Of a stretch of 64,000 bases of DNA, positions 8,708 through 17,949 are shown in pieces. Source of the DNA: Thermoplasmata archaeon (GTDB lineage: Archaea > Thermoplasmatota > Thermoplasmata > Sysuiplasmatales > Sysuiplasmataceae); the NCBI GenBank assembly GCA_021817225.1, contig JAKAVR010000003.1, forward strand, positions 20,016 to 84,015, in the 5' to 3' direction. The notes below the pieces were generated by a model that was not told the DNA's origin, searched no databases, and saw only the letters and a list, made by a program, of their open reading frames with translations. The position numbers were made by a program, and so were the translations under genes. The first letter of the stretch is position 1, and each line of letters opens with the position of its first letter.

Positions 8708-10063
8708 CTATTCCCACGGGAACCTGTAGAAAAGAAGCCTTGTCAGTATCTCCCTGTTGCCAGTGACAACAACATCTTCATCGGCAGCCAGCTGCATCCG
8801 CTTCTTGACACCGTCTATATCGGCCCCGAGGCTCAGTGCATCTATGCTTTCCCCCACAAGCTGGGCCGGGGAGGAATAGGGCTTCTTTTCTTCTGAAAAG
8901 AGCGTGCCGTCGACAAGAAAGATGTTGCCTCCAGCCTTCCTGTGCTTCTCCACAAATGCGAAGGAGTTGTCTGACCATCCAGCCGGACCCTCCCTGAGCC
9001 AGTAGCCTGGCTGTTGCCTGTGACTCAACTCGAAGAGTATCTTGACCTCGGTTTCAACCGAGAAGAGGCTCCTGTTGACACCAAAACCATTTCTTTCCAA
9101 CAGTGCCGTGATGTTCCTTCTTGCCTTCTGGAGCTGCGGATACAGGTTGTCATCCACTATGTCTGGCTTTTCCATGCTGAGAAGGAGAAAGCCGTGGCCG
9201 GACCTTGCAACCGCCTTTCTTATTTCACTGACGGTGGCAGGCCTGCGTTCCGCCGGGAAAAAGAAACGGGCATCAGGCCTCCTGAGATATCTGCGGCATG
9301 CGATCACTGCCATCGAGAAGGAATCGGGGCCAAGGGCAGCCGCCACATTCCTGTTCGCATCCACCGGGTCGGGGATGGTAAGAAGGTTGTCCTGCGCCGA
9401 CAGCTTGACTCCCAGGCTGGTTCCAGGCACGAGCGCCGATTCGCCCTTCTTCCAGCTCGAGATGGCGTTCACGGTAGAAATGAACGTGCCGTAAGTCATG
9501 ACCAGCAGTTCAGTAAGATAGCCGGAGAAACCGTTGACTTTTGCCTCCGCTCCGTAAACTCCTATACCCTTGAAAAAGCGCTTGAGCAGGCGGACTTCGT
9601 CCCTCTGGAAAGACTGGATGTGCCTGTTCACAAACTCGGATTGGAAGGGAGTCCTGTCCACTGCGGACATTTTCATGCTCGGATCCGTGATGGCGTAACA
9701 GGGCACAAGATCGATTGTCACATCACCCACCTTCCCTCTTATGTACGGATGTTCGGCATACTTCAGCACAGTATGCTCCAGCACCTTCTTGCCTATCTCC
9801 GTCGCTATCCTTTCGAGGACGTCCCTGCTGGTGCTCATCGGGAACGTCATGAATACATCAACGTCGGCTTCCTTCAGGTATGTCCCCTTGGCAACCGACC
9901 CTACGACAACAGGAGTGATTGGTCCGCCTGCAGCGGCCACATGGCCGGACGACTCCCTCGTTACCCTTGAAACAACCTCGGACGCAGCATTCTGGATATG
10001 GTTCGATTCCTGGGCGGTTGGCCTGATTCTGGCCAGAACTTTCTTCTCGATTTCTTTCTCCAT
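8708..10063 (-). CDS. cca: CCA-adding tRNA nucleotidyltransferase, archaeal class I
   Basis: VVGSVAKGTYLKEADVDVFMTFP nucleotidyltransferase motif. Overall length and pattern match archaeal Cca. The start was chosen at MEKEIEKKVL rather than the track start at 10102. Confidence 0.85.
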   Translation of the reverse strand: MEKEIEKKVLARIRPTAQESNHIQNAASEVVSRVTRESSGHVAAAGGPITPVVVGSVAKGTYLKEADVDVFMTFPMSTSRDVLERIATEIGKKVLEHTVLKYAEHPYIRGKVGDVTIDLVPCYAITDPSMKMSAVDRTPFQSEFVNRHIQSFQRDEVRLLKRFFKGIGVYGAEAKVNGFSGYLTELLVMTYGTFISTVNAISSWKKGESALVPGTSLGVKLSAQDNLLTIPDPVDANRNVAAALGPDSFSMAVIACRRYLRRPDARFFFPAERRPATVSEIRKAVARSGHGFLLLSMEKPDIVDDNLYPQLQKARRNITALLERNGFGVNRSLFSVETEVKILFELSHRQQPGYWLREGPAGWSDNSFAFVEKHRKAGGNIFLVDGTLFSEEKKPYSSPAQLVGESIDALSLGADIDGVKKRMQLAADEDVVVTGNREILTRLLFYRFPWE

Positions 10064-10566
10064 CCTGAAGGAAATCAAAGAGGACGTCAATAAACATTCC
10101 ATCCCGACTTTAGAGCCACCATGGCAAATTTAGTCATCATACGTAAGTGCCAAAGACCAAAGCCGATGTGGTGGGGATAAAACAGTTTGCTTAGGAGGAA
10201 AGTTGAGCCATCAGCCTCGGATCCTTGGCACCAATAAAGATCATTACACCCGGGCTATAAGTAAATTCGTATTGTAGGCCAGATCTGACGGCTGCCAGCA
10301 TGAAACATGCCACCTGTGCATTGCGAAAAAAGAGGGGAGAATGATTCATGAATTATACATCTGTTGGCCCGGGCATATCCACTGCCCGGTGCTGAGCTGT
10401 GTGGGGGACTGTGATGAAGCAGTCAATGGACCATATATATGCGGACAGGGCAGATTCCCCGGGTGGGAACCGAGGGGCACAAAACCGGTTAACGCTGCGA
10501 CTCACGGTGATATTACTTATAATGCTAGCAAAATTGAGGGGAAGGACCGGCCCATGGTGATTACCA

Positions 10567-12276
10567 ATGAGGAGACTGACGGCGGTAGTGCTTCTTGCGT
10601 TCTCGGTGACGGTGCTGACAGTATCCGGGTACTTCAGCACAACTGAGGGAATTCTATCAGCATACGCAATTCCGTATGACGCCTTCAGAAGCCTCCTGAG
10701 GATGGGGGCAGCCTACATTCTCTCCGTTTTGTTTTCCGTAGTCTATGGCTATGTGATGTATGCAAACAGAGCTACTGAGAAGATCCTGCAGCCGCTTCTG
10801 GACATTCTGCAGTCGGTCCCGATTCTCGGCTTCTTCCCGTTTGCGATCCTCCTTTTTGTTGCGATATCCCCCATCAAGGCATTCGGATGGGAGTCCGCTT
10901 CCATATTCCTCATTTTCACAAGCATGGCGTGGAACATGACATTCGGTGTTTACGATTCTCTCAGGGAGATGCCTGCAGAACTGGTGGATGCTGCAGGAGT
11001 CTACGGCCTGTCAGGATGGAAGAGATTCCGGGGGCTGCTGTTCCCGTCGATGATCCCCAAGCTTGTTTACAACAGCATGCTTTCATGGGCGGGAGGATGG
11101 TACTTCCTCATCCCTGCAGAGTATATCATTACTGCACAGAGCGGCGGAACAGTGCTGCCCGGAATCGGTTCCCTTCTCTACTTCGCCGCAAGTGCCGGCA
11201 ATATTGGCCTGCTCCTCGAGGGATTCTTCCTGCTGGTGGCCATCATAGTGCTGATGGACATACTGATATGGAGGCCTCTATCATCCTGGGCGGAAAAATT
11301 CAGGTACGAATTCACTATCGAGGAGGGGCACCAGCTTCCTAAGGGAAGATACGTCTTCCCGATAAGGACCTACTTCGAATGGTTTCCGACTCTTCCAAAG
11401 ACAAGAAAGACAGTCTCGAAAAGCTACGAATATGTGGTCGGAAAGGTGAACCTGGTAGGGCATAGAATGGCTGAATTCATCAAGAGGACTGCAAAATACT
11501 GGAAAGCGGCAGGGATTGCCGCTGGACTGATCCTTGTCGTGCTGCTTGTTGTCGCCGCAGTCGAGGCCTCATTCACCATATACACATTCTTCACCCAGTC
11601 CGGAAGGGCAAATGCAGGCATCCTCCCCCTGGCGCTTGGTCTCTCGCTCCTCAGGCTCGTCATCGCCTATCTCATTTCAATCGCAATCGCACTGCCCCTG
11701 GCGGTGCTCGCAACGGGGAGCGGAAGGGTCAACAGATACGTGATGCCTGCTGCCGAGATCATCGCATCTGTTCCGGCGACCGCCATATTCCCGCTCCTCG
11801 TCGTTGCGCTCATAGGCATTACTCACGGACTGGACATACCTGCAATACTCCTTCTCGTCACAGGCATGCTTTGGTATCTCTTCTTCAACATAGCCGCAGG
11901 ACTGAAGTCGATTCCATCCGAGCTCAAGGACGCTGCACACAGTTACGGACTCAGGGGATGGCTTTATGTAAAGCGTGTGATGCTGCCTTCCATATTCCCC
12001 TCGCTGATGACAGGGAGCATAACTGCGTTTGGCGGCGGCTGGAATGCGCTGATCGTCTCGGAGTATGTACCATCGCTCACGGGCGGGAAACCGTATTCAG
12101 TCATCGGCCTGGGCTCTCTCATCGACAAGGCATCGTACTCTACACCGGAGAATATGGGCCTGCTTGTCCTGTCCCTTGTGACGATGGTTGTGGCTGTGGT
12201 TGCAATCAACAGGCTCTTCTGGAGAAGAATGCAGTCTATAGCTGAAAGGAAATACAAACTCGAGGGTGTGAGCTGA
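10567..12276 (+). CDS. ABC transporter permease, duplicated/fused (NitT/TauT nitrate-sulfonate-bicarbonate family-like)
   Basis: 569 aa with two permease modules, each containing an EAA-like loop (YDSLREMPAELVDAAGVYGLSGWKRF and AGLKSIPSELKDAAHSYGLRGWLY). Confidence 0.8.
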   Translation: MRRLTAVVLLAFSVTVLTVSGYFSTTEGILSAYAIPYDAFRSLLRMGAAYILSVLFSVVYGYVMYANRATEKILQPLLDILQSVPILGFFPFAILLFVAISPIKAFGWESASIFLIFTSMAWNMTFGVYDSLREMPAELVDAAGVYGLSGWKRFRGLLFPSMIPKLVYNSMLSWAGGWYFLIPAEYIITAQSGGTVLPGIGSLLYFAASAGNIGLLLEGFFLLVAIIVLMDILIWRPLSSWAEKFRYEFTIEEGHQLPKGRYVFPIRTYFEWFPTLPKTRKTVSKSYEYVVGKVNLVGHRMAEFIKRTAKYWKAAGIAAGLILVVLLVVAAVEASFTIYTFFTQSGRANAGILPLALGLSLLRLVIAYLISIAIALPLAVLATGSGRVNRYVMPAAEIIASVPATAIFPLLVVALIGITHGLDIPAILLLVTGMLWYLFFNIAAGLKSIPSELKDAAHSYGLRGWLYVKRVMLPSIFPSLMTGSITAFGGGWNALIVSEYVPSLTGGKPYSVIGLGSLIDKASYSTPENMGLLVLSLVTMVVAVVAINRLFWRRMQSIAERKYKLEGVS

Positions 12277-12349
12277 GCATGACACTTGCATTTCGGCCTG
12301 AAGGAGAAGGAGCTGTTGTGGCAAAGAATTCTACCGGGGGTGCTGCCGC

Positions 12350-13096
12350 GTGCCGCTCCTGAGGGCAAGCAACCTATCCAAGGTGCTGAGTGTCAATGGC
12401 AATCCCTTTCCGATACTGGAAGGGATAACATTTGACGTGAACGACAACGAATTTGTGTGCATAGTGGGACCGTCCGGATCCGGGAAGAGCACGCTCCTCA
12501 GAATGGTGGCTGGACTCGAGAAACCAACTGGAGGAAAAATTTCATTCACGGCGAAGAATGGAGGCAGTGATGTGGTGGTATCCATGGTATTCCAGTCCTT
12601 CGCACTGTTTCCCTGGCTCACGGTGATGGAGAACGTGTGCGTGGGGCTTGAGGCCAAGAACGTCCCGAGGGAGGAGAGGATGAAAAGGGCATCAAGTTAC
12701 ATAGACATCGTTGGACTGAACGGTTTCGAGGATGCCTATCCGAAGGAACTATCAGGCGGGATGAAGCAGAGGGTGGGCATTGCAAGGAGTCTTGCAGTGG
12801 GACCGGACCTGCTTTGCATGGATGAGCCTTTCTCCGCGCTTGATGTACTGACTGCCCAGGGCCTCAGGGACGAGGTGCTTACACTGTGGCATCAGGACGA
12901 GTTGCCGCCGTCGGCTGTGCTGATGGTCACGCATAACCTTGAGGAGGCGGTATACATGGCAGACAGGGTGATCATCATCAGCCAGAGGCCGGGAAGGATG
13001 ATCAGCGACATGACGATCGAGCTTCCCAGGCCAAGAGACAGGAAGAGCCCCGAATTCGTGGACTGGGTGGACCAGGTGTTCTCGAAGATAGTGTGA
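12350..13096 (+). CDS. ABC transporter ATP-binding protein (NitT/TauT family-like)
   Basis: Walker A GPSGSGKST, signature LSGGMKQRVGIARSL, Walker B LLCMDEPFSALD. Confidence 0.85.
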   Translation: MPLLRASNLSKVLSVNGNPFPILEGITFDVNDNEFVCIVGPSGSGKSTLLRMVAGLEKPTGGKISFTAKNGGSDVVVSMVFQSFALFPWLTVMENVCVGLEAKNVPREERMKRASSYIDIVGLNGFEDAYPKELSGGMKQRVGIARSLAVGPDLLCMDEPFSALDVLTAQGLRDEVLTLWHQDELPPSAVLMVTHNLEEAVYMADRVIIISQRPGRMISDMTIELPRPRDRKSPEFVDWVDQVFSKIV

Positions 13097-13104
13097 CAGC
13101 AGGC

Positions 13105-14226
13105 TCAGGCGGCGCTTGCCTCCACTGAGAATACAGGGGGAAGGGCGTCGCTGACGGATGACCAGCTCTCTCCCCTGTTCCTGCTTGAATAGAGCTGCCC
13201 CGTTGTTGTCCCGAAATATATGCCCGAAGGGTCCAGGCCATCCGACTTCAGTCCCTCGCGGAGCACATCGTAGTATGATACCTTTGGTATGCCGCGGTTC
13301 AGGGGAAACCACTCCTTGCCGCTGTTGTCGCTTGCCCAGACGCTGAACCTCCCGTCCTTGGGTATGCGCGCAAAGTCGCCCTCCAGGGGTGCAACATAGA
13401 CGCGCGGGGATGGGCCGCTGTCAATGGCAATCGGGAACCCGAACCTCGAAGGCAGGTTGTTTGTGATGTTTTTCCAGTCCCGTCCGTTGTCATCGCTTCG
13501 GAAAACACCGCAGTGGTTCTGCTGGAACAGCGTGTTTGGACGGTCACTCCTTCTCACAATCTTGTGGACGCACTGCCCGTACTCCGGGTACTTCTCCGCC
13601 TCCGGGAAGAAGTCTGCAAGAACATGCTTGTTCTGGAAATCCCATGAGCCGCCGTTGTTCTCCGTATAAAGCGTCCCGACCGCTGAAATTCCCACGTGCA
13701 GTTTATCATGGTCTCTCCTGTCGCTCAGTATTGTGTGCAGGCAAAGACCGCCATTTCCGGGTGACCATTTGCTCCTTGTGCTGTGGTTCATCATGCTTGC
13801 ATCCACATCCCATGACTCGCCCGAATCATGGCTAACGAAGAGGCATGCGGGTTCAACTCCGAGGTATATCTCATCCGGCCTGTCCTCAAGCCCCGGCTCG
13901 ACGTGCCATACCTGTTGCACCGAGAGTCCCGACTCCTTCGGGAAGCGCGGAGGGTTTGTGCAGTTCTTCCATGTCTTCCCCATGTCGTGGCTGATTGCAA
14001 CAGTCGGACCCCACTGGTAGGAGTTGACGGCTGCAAGCAGCGCTCCTGTGCGCCTGTCATACGTCATGTGGAAGACCTGGATGCCCTTGAAGAAGGGGCC
14101 CGATGCCTTCCACGTTCTCCGGCCGTCTTTCGACCTGAAAAGGAACGCTCCTTTCTTGGTTCCGACCATGAGCAGAGTTTCGCCTTCCTTGCGGGCACCT
14201 TTCGATGATTTATTCATGTCTTTCAA
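13105..14226 (-). CDS. BNR/Asp-box repeat beta-propeller protein (sialidase/Ycf48-like fold), no obvious signal peptide
   Basis: Repeated S-x-D-x-G-x-(T/S)-W boxes: SHDMGKTWKN, SHDSGESWDV, TENNGGSWDF, SDDNGRDWKN, SDNSGKEWFP, SRNRGESWSS. Confidence 0.75.
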   Translation of the reverse strand: MKDMNKSSKGARKEGETLLMVGTKKGAFLFRSKDGRRTWKASGPFFKGIQVFHMTYDRRTGALLAAVNSYQWGPTVAISHDMGKTWKNCTNPPRFPKESGLSVQQVWHVEPGLEDRPDEIYLGVEPACLFVSHDSGESWDVDASMMNHSTRSKWSPGNGGLCLHTILSDRRDHDKLHVGISAVGTLYTENNGGSWDFQNKHVLADFFPEAEKYPEYGQCVHKIVRRSDRPNTLFQQNHCGVFRSDDNGRDWKNITNNLPSRFGFPIAIDSGPSPRVYVAPLEGDFARIPKDGRFSVWASDNSGKEWFPLNRGIPKVSYYDVLREGLKSDGLDPSGIYFGTTTGQLYSSRNRGESWSSVSDALPPVFSVEASAA

Positions 14227-14531
14227 CCTCCTGCAACCGACGGAAGTATCACAATCTCCCTTGCACCGGACAGATCCGTGTGTGTGCCCTGCTTTTCCCT
14301 GATGTCCTCTCCGTCCACGAAGATATTGACATATCTCCTCACATTGCCCTGATCGTCCAGGAACCTGTGGGAAATGCCGGGGAATCTGTCGTCAAGCGCC
14401 TTCGCGAGACTCTCCAATGTCGACACCGCATCAATATCTATTTCATTCCCTGAGCCTGTGTATTCCTTGAGGTGCATTGAAATAACCACATGCACAGTCG
14501 AAGAAGATGCTGGGGCAGTGCCTGCCTTCAA
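14223..14531 (-). CDS. MoaD/ThiS-family ubiquitin-like small protein (SAMP-like) ending in Gly-Gly
   Basis: The C-terminus ...REIVILPSVAGG-stop is the beta-grasp MoaD/SAMP hallmark. The true start is probably internal (GTG before VHVVISMHL or M at MHLKEY). It overlaps the downstream BNR gene by 4 bp. Confidence 0.7.
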   Translation of the reverse strand: MKAGTAPASSSTVHVVISMHLKEYTGSGNEIDIDAVSTLESLAKALDDRFPGISHRFLDDQGNVRRYVNIFVDGEDIREKQGTHTDLSGAREIVILPSVAGG

Positions 14532-14682
14532 ACGGTGATTGCCTCCTTCCTGTCTGCTGCGGGGAGTACGGATAACTGCTTTTCAGTATATTAGCACATC
14601 AGGGAATCGGTTGATACCTCCTGCCTGACAATAGATAGAATAAGTTTAATATATCAGGATTTCTTTATACATCTGGTGAGCT

Positions 14683-14994
14683 GTGGCGGAAATACGCAGC
14701 ACAAAGGAGTTGCTGAGGTTCATGAAGGTGATGTCCAACCCTGTCAGGGTGAAGATACTCGCCTCGCTCGAAAGGGAGCCTAAGCACATATACGCCCTGG
14801 CAAAGGAACTGAAGCTGTCATATCCGCTGGTCCACCTCTACCTTGAGTCGCTGGAGCGTGCAGGACTCGTGACAGGGAGGATATCTGCGGGTATCTTCGA
14901 TGAAAGGGAGAGGAAGACATACCACGTCATGCCCTTCGAATTGAGGGTGACACCGGCTCTTATAAGAAAACTGGAGGAGAATGAAAATGAGTAG
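14683..14994 (+). CDS. ArsR-family winged-helix transcriptional regulator
   Basis: MSNPVRVKILASLEREPKHIYALAKELKLSYPLVHLYLESLERAGLV. Confidence 0.8.
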   Translation: MAEIRSTKELLRFMKVMSNPVRVKILASLEREPKHIYALAKELKLSYPLVHLYLESLERAGLVTGRISAGIFDERERKTYHVMPFELRVTPALIRKLEENENE

Positions 14995-15319
14995 GAAATC
15001 CCAGCAGGTCCTTATGCTAGTGCCCTCGATCGCAATCGGCGTCGGAGTGCCGGTGGCTGTTTTGTTCACCATCGGACACGGACTGGATGCGCTTCTTGGA
15101 ACAATTGTGATTGTCTTTTCTCTCCTGGTTGCGGGAGCGCTCGGAATCGTTGGCATGGGCATATCGACGGCTGTCCCCGATATGTCGGCCGGCGACGACC
15201 AGACCGTAAGGACCCTCCGGGCATCGCAGAGGGCGATGCTGGAGGAGATGGACCAGGTTGTCGAACTTCTGGAGAACATAAGGGACACACTCAGGAGCGC
15301 AGGGGATGATGCTGAATGA
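14981..15319 (+). CDS. Small membrane protein (2 TM) with C-terminal helical tail
   Basis: This ORF overlaps the ArsR gene by 14 nt. Hydrophobic segments LVPSIAIGVGVPVAVLFTIG and VIVFSLLVAGALGIVGMGIS. Confidence 0.5.
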   Translation: MKMSRKSQQVLMLVPSIAIGVGVPVAVLFTIGHGLDALLGTIVIVFSLLVAGALGIVGMGISTAVPDMSAGDDQTVRTLRASQRAMLEEMDQVVELLENIRDTLRSAGDDAE

Positions 15320-15444
15320 AGCCGAAGTACTATGATTTGTCCGACGCTGAAACAACCGAGCTTATCAGGAAAAGGATTGGGACCGTGAGGGAGCTGCTGA
15401 CTGAAATCAACAAGCAGTTGAAAGAGGCGGGAGGGCGTGATTGA
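15316..15444 (+). CDS. Small (42 aa) helical ORF, hypothetical
   Basis: Manual translation: MKPKYYDLSDAETTELIRKRIGTVRELLTEINKQLKEAGGRD. ATGA overlap with the upstream ORF, and its stop abuts the ATG at 15445. Too short for the ORF track. Confidence 0.35.
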   Translation: MKPKYYDLSDAETTELIRKRIGTVRELLTEINKQLKEAGGRD

Positions 15445-16203
15445 ATGAAAAGGGAAAACAAGTTCGACATGTACTATGGCGGTTCTGGCACAGGCGCCGG
15501 CAATGGGAAGCACTCGAATTATGAGCCGCCCGGACACTTTGAATCCGAGCGGCTTTCCCTCTCCGGAAGCGCGAATGTGGAGACCGCGAAGGCAAGGCAC
15601 ATAAGCATTTCGGGCTCTGCCACAATTACAAACGAGGTGAGCAGCGAAACGCTTGACTGCTCAGGCTCCGTGCACGCCGGCGGTAACATAACCTCATCCA
15701 CCATAAGCATCTCGGGCTCTCTCGATTCAGGCGGCAGCATCAGGAGCGTGAATTTTCACTCGTCTGGAAGCTGCAGGGCAGCTCAGCTGATTTACGGGGA
15801 ATCTGAAGTGTCGTGCAGCGGGAGCATTAGGGCCGCCCAGATAGAGTCTGCCGGTACTGTCAATATTGCCGGATCAGTGCATTCGGATTCGGTAAGGGCG
15901 GCAAATGCGGAGATCGATGGAGGAGGCAGCATCGGCTCTCTGAACTGCGACACCGCTTCGATCAACACGAAAGGAGCCGGAAGGGCTGTCCTGCTTCTGC
16001 CATTCATGCGCAAGCGGGGCAGACTGTCAGTGGACAGGCTTGTCGCAACTGGCAGCGTCGATGCGGATCACTGCACGGTGGGCGAGATCACGGCAGGGTC
16101 TGTTCACGTCGGCAGGGACTGCACCGTTGGAAAGATAATGTTCAAGACAGACTGCAGGATTGAGCAGGGTGCGGAGATAGGCCAGGAACCGCAGAAAGTG
16201 TGA
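15445..16203 (+). CDS. Bactofilin-like / polymer-forming beta-helix repeat protein
   Basis: Periodic repeats ISISGSATITNEV, LDCSGSVHAGGNI, ISISGSLDSGGSI, VSCSGSIRAAQIE, VNIAGSVHSDSV, IDGGGSIGSL, typical of a beta-helix (DUF583/CcmA-like). Confidence 0.6.
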   Translation: MKRENKFDMYYGGSGTGAGNGKHSNYEPPGHFESERLSLSGSANVETAKARHISISGSATITNEVSSETLDCSGSVHAGGNITSSTISISGSLDSGGSIRSVNFHSSGSCRAAQLIYGESEVSCSGSIRAAQIESAGTVNIAGSVHSDSVRAANAEIDGGGSIGSLNCDTASINTKGAGRAVLLLPFMRKRGRLSVDRLVATGSVDADHCTVGEITAGSVHVGRDCTVGKIMFKTDCRIEQGAEIGQEPQKV

Positions 16204-16216
16204 ACTGGTGAGCTAA

Positions 16217-17164
16217 GTGCAGTCGGACAATGTCGTTGAAGTGGAGCAGCTGAGGTTCAGCTACGGCGGAGGACAGTATGCCCTGGACGGCGTGACCTTC
16301 AGCATAGGGAAAGGCGAGATATTCGGTTTCCTTGGAAGAAACGGGGCGGGAAAAACAACAACAATAAAGGTTCTCACAACTCTTGTAAAGCCGACGTCGG
16401 GCACTGCCAAAGTCCTGGGCACAGACGTGAGGCACGGCGGGAAGGCGCTGAGGAGCAGAATCGGCGTAGTGATGCAGGAGGAATCCTTCGACTTCACCAC
16501 CGTTGAGAAATCGCTTGACATTTATGGCGTCATGTGGGGGATGCCCAGGAAGGAAAGGGCGCCGAAAATAGATGAGCTTATTTCATTCTTTGAACTCGAA
16601 GATGTGAGGAAAAAGAGAATGTGGGACCTGTCCGGCGGGCAGAAGAGAAGGGTCCAGGTAGCCAGGGAATTCATGCATGACATGGACCTGCTGTTCCTTG
16701 ACGAGCCAACAGTAGGCCTGGATACAATTGCACGAAGAAAGATACTCGACATGGTGAGGGAGAAGGCAAAGGATGGCCTCACTGTCTTCTTCACCACACA
16801 TAACCTGGAGGAGGCTGACTACCTCTGCAACAGGATAGCGATCATAGACAGGGGCGTCCTGCTTGCGAATGACACCGTGGGAGCGCTCAAGAGGAATTAC
16901 ACGGGGATGAAAACAGTGGAAGTCGCCTTCGGCGAAAATGGCGGCACGGTTGAGAATCTGCTTTCGGCAATAGCGAATGTGCGTGTGGAGAAGCCGCAGT
17001 CAGCCCGCGAGCCCTACAAGCTCATAGGCCCGGAACCGGAGGAGACGGTCAGGCATGTGATAGAGCTCGCGGGAAGGAATGGCCTCACGCTCGAATGGCT
17101 GAACATACATCCCGTGACACTCGAAGAGGTCTTCCTTAAGGCTGTAGGCATGCAGGAGAATTAG
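16217..17164 (+). CDS. ABC-2 type exporter ATP-binding protein
   Basis: Walker A GRNGAGKTT, signature LSGGQKRRVQVAREF, Walker B LLFLDEPTVGLD. Confidence 0.85.
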   Translation: MQSDNVVEVEQLRFSYGGGQYALDGVTFSIGKGEIFGFLGRNGAGKTTTIKVLTTLVKPTSGTAKVLGTDVRHGGKALRSRIGVVMQEESFDFTTVEKSLDIYGVMWGMPRKERAPKIDELISFFELEDVRKKRMWDLSGGQKRRVQVAREFMHDMDLLFLDEPTVGLDTIARRKILDMVREKAKDGLTVFFTTHNLEEADYLCNRIAIIDRGVLLANDTVGALKRNYTGMKTVEVAFGENGGTVENLLSAIANVRVEKPQSAREPYKLIGPEPEETVRHVIELAGRNGLTLEWLNIHPVTLEEVFLKAVGMQEN

Positions 17165-17172
17165 GTGGTTCG

Positions 17173-17949
17173 ATGGATCTTGTAAATTCATACAGGCTTG
17201 CAAAGAGAAACATACTGGTCAACACAGACCCTGGAACAATGGTTTTCCTTCTGCTGATGCCCACGCTCTACCTCGTCTTCATGGGATACATGTTCGGCTC
17301 CCTCATAAGCAGCATACCTGTCGGTGCCTCAAAGATAAACTACATGAATTTCCTGTCTCCCGGCATAATCTCATTCCAGACGCTCACTGCGGGTGCTGTC
17401 GCCGGAGGTATGCTCTGGTCCGACAGGAGGTACGGCATGTTCGAGCAGATCATTTCAGGCCCCTACACGAGGGCGGAGTATCTGCTTGGCATCATGTTCA
17501 CAACAATATCAATTGCAATCTTCGGTGCATTGATAATGCTTCTGATCTCCTTTGCACTTGTCGGAGGGATAAGCTTCGGCGTTGCAGGCTTCGCGCTGAT
17601 AATATTCAATCTTGTCCTGGGCAGCCTCTTCTGGGGTGCGTTCATGCTTGCGCTTGCAGCGGTCTCGAAATCGAACCAGATGTACAACAGCATTCAGGTC
17701 CTCATCCTCTTCTTTGCAAGCTTCGCAAGCACCGTGTTCTACCCGATCTCCCAGTCGGCACCCCTGGCGCTGCGCTATACTGTCACATTAAACCCTCTCA
17801 CCTATGTGGCCGATGCGATCAGGGACGGCTACATATCGCTGTTCGGCCCTTCCCTTCTTTACGATGAGATAGTGCTTGCGCTTGCCACTGTGGTGATGTT
17901 CGTGATTGCGCTCCTGTCCTACAGGACAATCAGGATCGGAGTCAAGTGA
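17173..17949 (+). CDS. ABC-2 type exporter permease
   Basis: 258 aa with about six hydrophobic helices, immediately downstream of the ATPase. Confidence 0.8.
   Translation: MDLVNSYRLAKRNILVNTDPGTMVFLLLMPTLYLVFMGYMFGSLISSIPVGASKINYMNFLSPGIISFQTLTAGAVAGGMLWSDRRYGMFEQIISGPYTRAEYLLGIMFTTISIAIFGALIMLLISFALVGGISFGVAGFALIIFNLVLGSLFWGAFMLALAAVSKSNQMYNSIQVLILFFASFASTVFYPISQSAPLALRYTVTLNPLTYVADAIRDGYISLFGPSLLYDEIVLALATVVMFVIALLSYRTIRIGVK

Noticed and set aside
9014-9970. Long antisense ORFs inside conserved genes: 9014-9970 (+) in cca, 49337-50377 (-) in rpoB, 53049-54002 (-) in rpoA1, 42822-43631 (-) in serA, 21726-22476 (-) in argS.
   Set aside because: Each is opposite a gene with strong family signatures and has a skewed (Arg/Ser/Pro/His-rich) composition typical of GC-rich antisense frames.
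10103-10566. A 460-nt leader upstream of the ABC permease contains GGTGCTGAGC and GGGAACCGAGG...CCGGTTAACGCTGCG, superficially reminiscent of TPP-riboswitch core motifs. TPP riboswitches do occur in Thermoplasmata.
   Set aside because: There is no P3 hairpin between the UGC and CUGAGA-like elements. The highly conserved ACCUGAUC/UAAUACCAGCG core is not reproduced, and I could not draw consistent P1/P2/P4/P5 helices. A cmsearch with RF00059 would settle it, but on the visible sequence I do not support the call. ORFs 10341-10646 (+) and 10353-10640 (-) here also look non-coding.
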